A DNA stretch of 64,000 bases, taken from Dehalococcoidia bacterium. Lineage in GTDB: Bacteria > Chloroflexota > Dehalococcoidia > Lucifugimonadales > UBA3495. Below, piece after piece: positions 52,724-61,439 of the stretch. Below the pieces are notes generated by a model that saw only the letters and a list, made by a program, of their open reading frames with translations, did no database searches and had not been told where the DNA came from. A program made the translations under genes and the position numbers. The DNA is taken from assembly GCA_965237745.1 (NCBI GenBank), contig OZ250156.1, positions 3,553,426 through 3,617,425 on the forward strand, given 5' to 3'. Positions within the stretch are counted from its first letter, which is position 1; every line of letters begins with the position of its first letter.

Positions 52724-53476
52724 TCAGGCACCTGTTTTCGCGCCCAACGTCCGATCCTCTTCCGGCAGGGGACCCCTCGACCAGCACTCCCCGCACATCG
52801 CGAGGATGCTGCTCTCGTACAGGATGTGGAAGTGGTCTTCCTCCGGTCGCAACTCCGTTTCGCACTGCACGCACCCGGGCGGGTTCCCGGCAGCTTCGAC
52901 CGCCACCCGGTACGGGCAGTCCAGAACGCTGGGGGGACACTCGTCCCATCTCGCTCCGCTCCCGTGCCACCGGTTTCCGTTAAATTCGTCCCGGAACACG
53001 TCGGGGTCGGAGTCAAGGAAGTCGATCAGTTCCTGCCCGGTCGTCCACCTGGGGTGTCCCTCGATTGTAGCCAGGGGGTCCACGTCAATTCTGGCCGCCA
53101 AGGGTCCAAGGATGTCTCCGCCGGATATTTCGCCGTTTAACTCCATCTCCCTGAGCCCGATGTTATCGTGGTGCGTTTCGGTCATCTCGAACGCAACCGA
53201 CCTATTTATGATGGCGTCTATCTGTCCCATCTCGGACAGTTCTGGGTCGTCAGGTGGACTTGTAACCTTGTAGCGGCGGCTGGCGTCGATGCTCATTCCC
53301 ACTGGTCTGAGGCCTGGGGTGGTGGTGGCCGGAGTCATCTGGGACAGATAGTCGAACGTGTCAGGGGCTCCGCCCCCACCGAAGTCGCCCCCTGACTTCG
53401 CCCGGTTTACCTTCCTGCTCTGACCCTTCTTGGTCTTGCGCTTGTTCTTGCTGACCGGCATTCGCGTCCTTTTCAC
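52724..53476 (-). CDS. Hypothetical protein, basic N-terminus and Cys-rich (zinc-ribbon-like) C-terminus
   Basis: KNKRKTKKGQSRK tail and C-terminal CP...CP...CVQC...CGEC cysteine pairs. An alternative ATG at 53461 has an AAAGGA RBS. Confidence 0.45.
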   Translation of the reverse strand: MKRTRMPVSKNKRKTKKGQSRKVNRAKSGGDFGGGGAPDTFDYLSQMTPATTTPGLRPVGMSIDASRRYKVTSPPDDPELSEMGQIDAIINRSVAFEMTETHHDNIGLREMELNGEISGGDILGPLAARIDVDPLATIEGHPRWTTGQELIDFLDSDPDVFRDEFNGNRWHGSGARWDECPPSVLDCPYRVAVEAAGNPPGCVQCETELRPEEDHFHILYESSILAMCGECWSRGPLPEEDRTLGAKTGA

Positions 53477-53578
53477 GCTCCTTATGGGTTGGCGCTGATG
53501 TTACTCTGGACCTGTCGGGTTGGTCTGTAGGGAGGTGTCAGTGGGGCGTTCTTCCCATCTCATTGATTTGCAGAGTAC

Positions 53579-53729
53579 TTGTATTACAACGACAGTTTGC
53601 GGAAAAGGCCGGCTGGCGCTGCGTGTCTGACTCCGAGCCAGGTACTGTGGGAGGGTTGCCGCAGGTGGCCGCTAAATTCAATTCCACCTCAAGAATCACG
53701 CCGTTGGATTAACCGTCGTTGTAATACTA
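53579..53729. repeat. Inverted-repeat-bounded element, copy 2
   Basis: GTATTACAACGAC at 53581-53593 and GTCGTTGTAATAC at 53715-53727. Core-to-core length is 147 bp, identical to copy 1, while the interior is essentially unrelated. Confidence 0.9.
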
Positions 53730-53811
53730 AGCCACAGTCCGGGCTGAACCCCATTTTGCCGGCTGCACAAGGGCGGGCAACAGTCGAAAAGCCCGCACCG
53801 TTGAGGTCGTC

Positions 53812-54273
53812 CTACAGACGCTCCAGTAACTTTGCAATCTGATCGGTGTGGTTCATGTCGGGTTCCCACTCGCAGATCACACTGTGTTCGTCGATGACAA
53901 CTGCGGGCCTTTTCCCGTCTGACGGGTCTTTGACGTACCTCTCTCCATCGAGAGTGGACATGCCTAGCTCAATGCCTACTCGTCGATCAGGGTCGTTCAG
54001 GACCGCGAACGGAAGCTGCTCTTTCTCGACCCACTGGCGTGCAGCATCCAAGCTTCCGTCATGGATTCCGAACAGCACGACGTTCTTCTCGGTGAACTCG
54101 GCAGCATGCTCTCGGTACCCAAGAGCCATGCGGGTTCAGTTACCACCGCCCGGACTCGTGAAGAAGTACAGCAGGACCTTTTGTCCGCGAAGACTGCTAA
54201 GGGATATCGTCTGTCCATCGCTGGACTGAAGTGTGAAATCGGAAATCGTCTTCCCGATGTAAGTTTCCATCAT
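53812..54273 (-). CDS. BCP-type peroxiredoxin (AhpC/TSA family) with in-frame UGA at the peroxidatic-Cys position; candidate selenoprotein
   Basis: The 45-codon 5' piece (MMETYIGKT...VLLYFFTSPGGGN) and track ORF 53812-54129 share one frame and are separated by TGA (54138-54136). The UGA aligns with Cys of the E. coli Bcp motif [12 protein letters not shown]. Confidence 0.75.
54104..54131 (-). promoter_or_regulatory. SECIS-like hairpin immediately 3' of the in-frame UGA
   Basis: mRNA GCAUG-G-CUCU UGGGUACCG AGAG CAUGC. The stem has 9 bp plus up to 3 further pairs, one bulged G, and an apical GU 18-19 nt after the UGA. Confidence 0.45.
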
Positions 54274-54388
54274 TGCCGTCCTTTCCGGTGAGACTTAATA
54301 GAACCGACGCACGCATGGCAGAACCGTTCCCCATGCAGTTGCTGGGCTGCACGGAGTCTAGGCGTTTCTCACCGCCGATGCACGCCTA

Positions 54389-54675
54389 AACCAAAGCCAA
54401 GGTGAAATGCGCAGAAACATAGGGTAAATTGAAGGAGGGACAGGGTTAGCTTTTGCGAGTGTCCGAGAGGGGTTGGTGATGGGTGTGCGGGAGATGGAGC
54501 GATTCCTCCAACAGTGGCAGATGGATGCCAGGGATTTGCGCCGGCGGATGATTTGGTCGCCGACGTCCCGGGAGCGGGAACGGTGGTACGCCCTGCTGCT
54601 GCTGGCCCAAGGATGGCCGGGTTCGGCGGTGGCCGGGGCACTGGAAAGGGACCCACACACCATTGGCCGATGGGG
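54389..54675 (+). mobile_element. Truncated IS630-family copy (left end + HTH-coding part only)
   Basis: TA then AACCAAAGCCAAGGTGAAATGCGCAGAA (nearly identical to 50661-). It encodes MGVREMERFLQQWQMDARDLRRR...HTIGRW, and similarity stops abruptly near 54675. Confidence 0.85.
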
Positions 54676-55032
54676 GTCAACCATACGGAGAGACAACTTT
54701 TTAGCTACTCGTTCACGCTCCCAGCCGATTGCTGATGAACTTGACAGGGTTGTTACGCTGAACAGGCCAGAACTGCGAAGCGCACAAGAACTGCGAGTCC
54801 AAGCGCAGCGCAGCGAATGCTGGTTCAGCAACCAACGAGGCCTTGGCGTTGCCGGGCCTTTTCTTTTGGGAATTATATCGGATTCTACCTACAGACCGGT
54901 TCCGCTCGTTTCCGCAGAACATGTAGCTCACCGCCAGACGGAGGAGGCTTACCCAGACGGCAAGATGTTTGACGCCTTGCCGTAATCGAGGTCTGTCCTT
55001 TGACCACCAACTGCGAAAGCAAACGGAACCGT

Positions 55033-55900
55033 CTAACCGCCTTCCGGACGTTCCGGGAGCTTCTGTTCAACAATGTAGACGTGCGGTGGAAGCGTCTTCC
55101 CACTCTTCTGCAAGGCGTCTTCGAGCTTTGCCCGATCCGGCACGTAGACCTCGGCCCGGTTTTCGAACACGTTGATGCCGGACGCCAGCTGAAACCCCAG
55201 TCCCGCTACTATCCGGCCAGCTTCCCGCTGGGCTCGTTTCAATTCCTGAATGGTCGCGTCGACGGTTCTGACTTCGATAATGTCCGCCAACGGGCCGTCC
55301 TGGACGTACTTGGCGATTGTCTCTTCACCGTTCTTGATGAACGCCACCACGACGCGGTACTCCGGTTCGTGCTGAATCCAGAAACCTCCGAGGATGTCGG
55401 CCTCGTTGGATTCGAGAGTTGCCCCCAACTTCCCGATAGGTCCCTGCAGCGTTAGACGTTTGATTGCCTCTGATAATTCAACGTCAAAATCTGCGGCGTA
55501 AATCTGGGCATCTTGAGCCAGAGCCGGAGAAACACCTTCCGGTATTTCCTCTGGGGCGAGTGTGTTAATCGGGGTTGGCCGAGGTCGGTGGGAGGTGCCC
55601 CACATTTATGGTGCCTTCGGCCTCTCTGGCGTCGGACACCTCCAGATTCGTGGGCGTCGGACTTACGCCATTCCTCGGCGCGGTTGTCGGAGTGCGAAAC
55701 GCTGGGAGCGTCCGGCTCGCTGTTGGTTCCGGCGTGGGAGTGAGCGTCGCCGTTGGTACAGACGTATACGTGGGATAAAGCGTATATGTCGGGGCCGGGG
55801 TATACGTGGGAAATGGTTCAGGCGTCGCTGGGCTGCAGGCCAGAGTGATGAGTGAGAGGACGCCCATCACGCTCAAAACGGCCCAAGTTGAGTAGTTCAT
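55033..55900 (-). CDS. Lipoprotein with Thr/Pro-rich linker; apparent frameshift at a 4-nt G run of the coding strand (C run 55598-55601 on the plus strand)
   Basis: Signal/lipobox VLSLITLACS, a TP-rich linker, then the globular part (track ORF 55033-55605) in the adjacent frame. The globular part faintly resembles alpha-lytic-protease prodomains, which is uncertain. Confidence 0.5.
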
Positions 55901-56294
55901 CTTGTTCGTTAAGTCCACAAGCAACGTGGTCGCTGCACAGCATGGCGCTGTAGCCAGTCCCTCGCACAGATGCTTCTCATTTTAGGACGACCCGGCATAC
56001 CCGCTCCGCAAACAGACGTTTTTGCACACTCAGTCTACTGGGTGCTGACCAGCCCCGTTACTCCTAGGCTCGTGGGTAAAATACGATATAAATCCCTTTC
56101 TTTTTGCCACCGGCCCAGGGCCGGACAAGGGCCCAAGGCAGCGCCCCGGCAGGATTTGATGACAGAAGCCCGTTGAGAATCCCGTGACCCCCGTAGGACA
56201 ATAGATGTAGGGCCGAGTTGCGTACGACCGACGGCCGGCACCAAGCCGGTGCAACCCGGCCCTGCGTTACGTCTGAGAGACCAGGAGGGGAAGG

Positions 56295-56641
56295 ATGCAG
56301 AACGGGACGGGCATGCGGGCCGCGATCTACGTCAGGGAACCTGTCCAAGCGATGAGGAACCGCATCGACGCCGTGAAGCAGGCGGAGGAAGCGGCGGGAT
56401 ACTGCCGGGAGGCGGGGATAGAGATCGTCGCTCGGTACCAAGACGAGGAGGCGAACGGGAGGCCTTCCAGCGCATGATGGAAGACGCCACGGGGGACCCC
56501 AAGCCCTTCGAGCGTGTGGTCGTCTCCAGGCTGGTGCATTTCGCGGTTCAGCTCGACGAGTCGATACTGGCACAGGAGCGCCTGAAGACCAACGGGGTGA
56601 GACTCCTGTCAGTCCACGAGAAACGGGAGGTCAGGAACTGA
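56295..56641 (+). pseudogene. Serine recombinase (resolvase/invertase) catalytic-domain remnant
   Basis: MRAAIYVRE... lacks the catalytic Ser (expected YVRVS). A frameshift lies between ...YQDEEANG and EAFQRMMED...ERVVVSRL...NGVRLLSVHE. No DNA-binding domain follows. Confidence 0.55.
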
Positions 56642-56861
56642 CGGAGAGCGCGCCAGGAACGCTCCCAGGGGCAGGAGGCCCGGCGCAAGCCGGGTCTCTT
56701 ACGTGAACAGCAACAGCGCGCACGCCCCGACCAGCCGCCAAGCGAACCGACAGACGCCGGCGCAGGGTTGACGAAGTAACGGACTGCTGGGGGCGGGAAG
56801 ACCAAATGCGGGGCTGCCAGGGGCCGGGAGAGCGGCGCCCGACGACGCACAGGGAGGGAGA

Positions 56862-57221
56862 ATGCAAGTCCACTTCCGGGATTTCACCGCGGCGCCAGGA
56901 ACTAGGGGCTGCATCTGCGCCGTATGTAACCTGACCGGGGTGATGGAGAAAACGCTGCCCCAGATGCCCCGGAGCCTGGATGAAATGCCCGCGGCCGTCA
57001 CGGTGACGCTGATGTCCCCCGAGGGCATAGCGGCCTGGAGACCGGTGCTGGGGATGTTCGACGGGCTGAACGAGCGCAGCAGGAAACTGACGGTGGCCAT
57101 GCTGGACCAGCTCGACCCGGCGAACCGGTCGGTGACGGAGTTCATGCTGGACGGGGAGCTGCGGGACGCGCTGGCATCCATGCTCAGCGAGGCCGACGAC
57201 GGCAGGGTTGTAGCGACGTAA
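56862..57221 (+). CDS. Hypothetical protein (119 aa)
   Basis: GGAGGGAG RBS before the ATG and a strong intrinsic terminator 55 nt after the stop. No recognisable motif. Confidence 0.45.
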   Translation: MQVHFRDFTAAPGTRGCICAVCNLTGVMEKTLPQMPRSLDEMPAAVTVTLMSPEGIAAWRPVLGMFDGLNERSRKLTVAMLDQLDPANRSVTEFMLDGELRDALASMLSEADDGRVVAT

Positions 57222-57280
57222 TCCGGGATCGCCAGGACTGCGGGCCGCCAACGTGAGCTCCGCGGGGCAACGTGGGGTAA

Positions 57281-57313
57281 GAGGCCCGGCTTGCGCCGGG
57301 CCTCCCTTTTTTT
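57281..57313 (+). terminator. Rho-independent terminator
   Basis: GAGGCCCGGC-TTGC-GCCGGGCCTC followed by CCTTTTTTT. Confidence 0.75.
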
Positions 57314-57489
57314 CCTGACCGATCCCAAGTGCGGACGGGCAGTGCCCGGTGCCGCGCCAGTTTGATGACAGCGGGCGGTTGCAACTCCGAGGGACCCTAA
57401 GGGAGAATGGATTCGGAGCTTGGTTGCGATTGACGAACAATATCCGGCGACGACGGCGGCGCAGCCAAGCCACCAGGACGATTGCAAAG

Positions 57490-58627
57490 TCAGGTAACGC
57501 GCCCATAGAGGCTGGCGATGGTCTGGATGGGTCGGAAGGCACAGCTTTTGGCTCGCAGGGGCATGGACATCCGGGAGGGGAATCCTCCCTCCAGGCGCAG
57601 GGCGTTCAGCCCGGTGTTCACCAGGGTGGCGAATACCTCCCCCAACCCCGGACGCCGCAGCGTGTGGACGTCCTCATCCCAACTGCGGTCCTTCACGTGG
57701 TGCAGGCTGTTCTCAACACTCCAGTGCTGGCGGAACAATCGAAGCAGTTCCTTCGGTCCGCACCGCCGGGAACTCAGGCTGGTCAGCAGATACCAGCGCT
57801 CCCGGCCCACCTCCCCAGTGGCTATATCCACCCTTTCCTTCTCCACCATGGCCCCCTGCCTTGCCCAAGGAAACCCCAGTTCATCCCGGACGTAGCCGGC
57901 CAGCAGGTCATCGGTCCAGATCCGCCGCCTCTCGATCACACCCGCTTTTTTTCCAGGGTCTCCGCCTGTGGCTCCCCCAGTTCCTCTGGGGCAAACCCGT
58001 CGGTCAGCGCCGCCAGCACCGTCGGCTGGTTTCCCTTGACCCGCACCAGATAGTCCCGTCCGTGGTCGACTATGGCCTGGCACAGGTCCCGCTCCGCATA
58101 CAGGGCGTCCATGGTCAGCAGCCGCAGGCCGGGATAGTCCTCGAACAGCCGGCCAGTTGCTCCCGCAACACCCCGGGTTCGTAACGCTTCTCCGACGCCG
58201 GCCACTGGGCCAGGCACAGCTTCAGGTCATGGGCCAGCACGTTCACCATCACCAGGGGATTGCCTAGGCCATCCTCCGACTGCTTGGCCCACTTGCCGTC
58301 CACCGAGGCGTCCAACTCCTGGTTCGCCACCACGCGGGCCACCCAGCCGGTCAGGGCCCCCTGCAACTGCTCACAGGGCACCCCAGCCAGGGTGCGGGAA
58401 ATGGTGGTCGCGTGGGGCGGATCGTCCCTGAGAAAGCCCAACGGCTCTTTCAGTGCCGGCCAGTGCATCCTGGCGAACAACGCGATGTGGGCCATAGTGG
58501 TCTGGCCGCAGACCAAGCCCAGCAGGGTCAGACGCAGTATCGCCTGAAAGGGATGGCGCACTCCCCTGGCCCTCCGAGGGTCCGGCACCTGCTCCAAGCA
58601 ATGGAATAGAGATTCCTCCGCACCCAT
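57490..58627 (-). pseudogene. ISAs1-family (H-repeat-associated) transposase with two frameshifts
   Basis: FHCLEQVPDPRRARGVRHP...SVDGKWA.. (58115-58627), ..LTMDALYAERDLCQAIVDHGRDYLVRVKGNQ (57936-58217), ..WSVENSLHHVKDRSWDED (57490-58083), in three frames. Confidence 0.8.
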
Positions 58628-58975
58628 ATCCACACACTCCCATCTCTCGTCTCCCTCCCCTTGTAATCCCGCTTGCCCAACTTTGCAATCGTCCTGGCCA
58701 AGCCACAGCGCATCAAGACACCAATAAGGGATAGCAACTCTGAAAATCGGCACCGACCAAGCCAGCGTGCGTGTAAAAGAATGGCCGTTAACCAGCAACC
58801 GGGACACGTCGAGCAGACAGACCCAACTGGAGATGCAGCGAAGCAGCGTGAAGAGCGGACCGTAACCGCCCCTCTATCTCCAAGAGAGTGTGGCCGTCAG
58901 GACGGCGCCGTCGGCGCAACAGAAATCAGCCACGACCGTCTGCAGGGAAACCCATCGAGTGAGGCAGACCACAGC

Positions 58976-59959
58976 ATGAATAAACACGAGCAGGCTCGAG
59001 CCGAGATACTAAGGGAAGCCGGATACATGCCTCCCGGCAGGTCGAGAGGGAGAACGAAGAGTTCCATAAAGGCCGACGAGTACTGGCCTGCACCGCCACC
59101 GGCTAACCTGCTCGTGCAACCAGTGGGAGATTGCCTGATCTGGACGGGTCAGCTAAACGGAGATGGGTACGGCACCAGCAACTTCCCGAAGGACTTGCGG
59201 TTGGCCCACATTCAGGCATACGCCCAGTCGAGAAAAACAAGGGCGAACCCGGGGCGCTCAATTTGCCACTTGTGTCACAGACCATACTGCATCCAGCCCT
59301 CGCACCTGTACGAGGGAGACAACAAGACAAACTCCGACGACCGCAAGCTGAGGTCGGGCAAAGGCTCCATGTCACTCGTTTTCCATAAACACGATGAAGT
59401 GATGAACGCCGCGAAATATCGCTGGCCCAGCCCTTCGCCGAACAATGAGAGCCTACTGGACCCTGATGCAGTCGAAGTACAACACGAATGCGAATACATC
59501 ATCCCGGCCGGGGACGTGGCTATCTGCTCCGTCTGCGAGCAACCGGAGGACCCGAATCTCCATCGGGACTCCGGCCCGAAGCGAATGCAACCCCCGGACA
59601 CGGACAAGAACGTCCACTCCATGGTCAAATTCGGCAAGGCCGTTGCTGAGATAGGCAACGGAGCAGTCCTTTGCTCCAACATGGAAGTGGAGCTCGACCT
59701 GCCGAAGAACCGGGCGGAGAGGCGAAGGAGGTTGCGGCAGACCAGGAAACAGCGTGCTTGGGATGGGCCGGTTCTGATACATCAGGGCGAAGGGATCGTG
59801 CGCGTCAACGACCCGCGGCCCATACACGTCAAGACGGCTGCGCCTTTCGTTGCCCCAAGCGACGGTCTGCTGGTGGTCATGGTCTCAGCCAGCCCCCTGG
59901 GGCGCAGTGAAGCAGAGTTACTGGAACGGCTTGCGCGACCGAGACCCCAAGCTGAGTGA
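58976..59959 (+). CDS. HNH endonuclease-domain protein (phage/homing-type HNH_3) with unknown C-terminal half
   Basis: CLIWTGQLNGDGYG...AHIQAY...ICHLCHRPYCIQPSHLYEGDNKTNSDD. Confidence 0.75.
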   Translation: MNKHEQARAEILREAGYMPPGRSRGRTKSSIKADEYWPAPPPANLLVQPVGDCLIWTGQLNGDGYGTSNFPKDLRLAHIQAYAQSRKTRANPGRSICHLCHRPYCIQPSHLYEGDNKTNSDDRKLRSGKGSMSLVFHKHDEVMNAAKYRWPSPSPNNESLLDPDAVEVQHECEYIIPAGDVAICSVCEQPEDPNLHRDSGPKRMQPPDTDKNVHSMVKFGKAVAEIGNGAVLCSNMEVELDLPKNRAERRRRLRQTRKQRAWDGPVLIHQGEGIVRVNDPRPIHVKTAAPFVAPSDGLLVVMVSASPLGRSEAELLERLARPRPQAE

Positions 59960-60207
59960 GGGGCACAGAGGGGAAAATCACCCAAACGCGTAGAAAGCGA
60001 AGAATCAGAAAAGACACCAGAGCCCGGCCAAGAGGGCCGGGACCGACTGGAGCCGTTCCAAGACGCAAGCGGATGCACAATTCCGCCGAGGGGTGTGCAG
60101 AGAACCAGACGAGAATCGGCGAAGGTAGGGGCAGATCAAGAGGCAAAAAAGTAGACACATACAGTAGAATCCCCGCCGGACATCAAAACGAACGGAGATG
60201 CCTCGGC

Positions 60208-61323
60208 ATGGCTAAACTGCTGCTACCAGGGATTCTCATAATCCTGCTCACCCTGGCCGCCTGCACGGAGCCGGCACCGACAGCTGTCGTAGCACCAACA
60301 ACGGCTTTAGCGCCCACTGAGACAGCCACGGCAGGCAACCAGGCTGGGCCGACCCCAGTTGCAGGGCCGACCGAAGAGCCAACATCAATGCCTACGAGGG
60401 CACCCACGAGCCCACCGGAGCCTACGGCGACAGTAGCACCTGCTCCGACGCCTGAGCCCGAGCCGACAACGACTGAGAAACCGTCAGCGACGGCAGCTCC
60501 AACCCCGATACCGGCAGCTACCGAAACGCCGGCACCGACACCCGAGCCCACCGCAACAGCCGAACCGACTCCAGAGCCTACACCGACTCCAACGGCAACA
60601 CCTGCACCGACGCGAGAGCAGGACGCAGCCATGTGGCGGGGTCTCGCAGTGGCGCCCGAGGACCGGTGCTCAGACTACGACCCGGACGACTACCACTACT
60701 CACCGTCAGTCGAGCTCAAGATCGTCGACGCCCAGGGCGGCATCTACGGGCCCTGCACGGGGACCTGGTTCGACAGCATCCGGGAAACGGACATCGAGCA
60801 CATCGTGGCCCGGTCGGAGGCCCACGACAGCGGTGTGTGCTCCGCCGACCCGGAAACGAAGGACCAGTTCGCCGCCGACCTGCTGAACCTCACGCTCGCA
60901 TCCCCTAGCGTCAACCGCCACCAAAAGGTGGACAAGGACGCGGCCGAGTGGCTTCCCGAGTTGAACCAGTGCTGGTACGTGGAACGCACCGTCCAGGTGC
61001 GCCGGGAATATGGGCTGACCATCGACCGCGCCGAAGCGGCCGCAATCGACGACGTCCTCGCCGGCTGCGAGTCGACCGAGATGGTCGTGTTGGCTAAGGG
61101 GACCGCACCGACCGGGACTGCCACGGCAACACCGGCTCCAACCGAAGTGCCTACCCCCGCCGGAGGCCCTGACGTGGACGCCTTAGCCCTTTACGACGAC
61201 AACGGCAACGGCCGGATAACCTGCGCAGAGGCCCGAGCTCACGGCATCGCGCCCGTCCGGCGCGGACACCCTGCTTACGAGTACATGCGCGACGCCGACG
61301 GCGACGGGGTGGTCTGCGAATAA
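60208..61323 (+). CDS. Secreted lipoprotein nuclease: Thr/Pro-rich linker + DUF1524 (His-Me finger) + Excalibur Ca-binding domain
   Basis: Lipobox LLTLAACT. About 130-aa PT-rich linker. DIEHIVARSEAHDSG...NLTLASPSVNRHQK...AAEWLP...CWYV. C-terminal DDNGNGRITCAEA...DADGDGVVCE. Confidence 0.8.
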   Translation: MAKLLLPGILIILLTLAACTEPAPTAVVAPTTALAPTETATAGNQAGPTPVAGPTEEPTSMPTRAPTSPPEPTATVAPAPTPEPEPTTTEKPSATAAPTPIPAATETPAPTPEPTATAEPTPEPTPTPTATPAPTREQDAAMWRGLAVAPEDRCSDYDPDDYHYSPSVELKIVDAQGGIYGPCTGTWFDSIRETDIEHIVARSEAHDSGVCSADPETKDQFAADLLNLTLASPSVNRHQKVDKDAAEWLPELNQCWYVERTVQVRREYGLTIDRAEAAAIDDVLAGCESTEMVVLAKGTAPTGTATATPAPTEVPTPAGGPDVDALALYDDNGNGRITCAEARAHGIAPVRRGHPAYEYMRDADGDGVVCE

Positions 61324-61439
61324 CCAGACGGTCCAGAGGCGGAACGACAAGTCCCATGGCAGTGTGCCCCGAGCACCCTTGAGGGCACTCCAGTAATGTA
61401 GTATGAGGGGCGCTGAATCCAGCCAGAACGGAGAGAAGC

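Noticed and set aside
60250-60620. Repetitive Pro/Thr/Ala/Glu-coding DNA as a possible tandem-repeat or CRISPR-like array
   Set aside because: It is in-frame low-complexity linker sequence of the lipoprotein nuclease, with no regular repeat-spacer periodicity.
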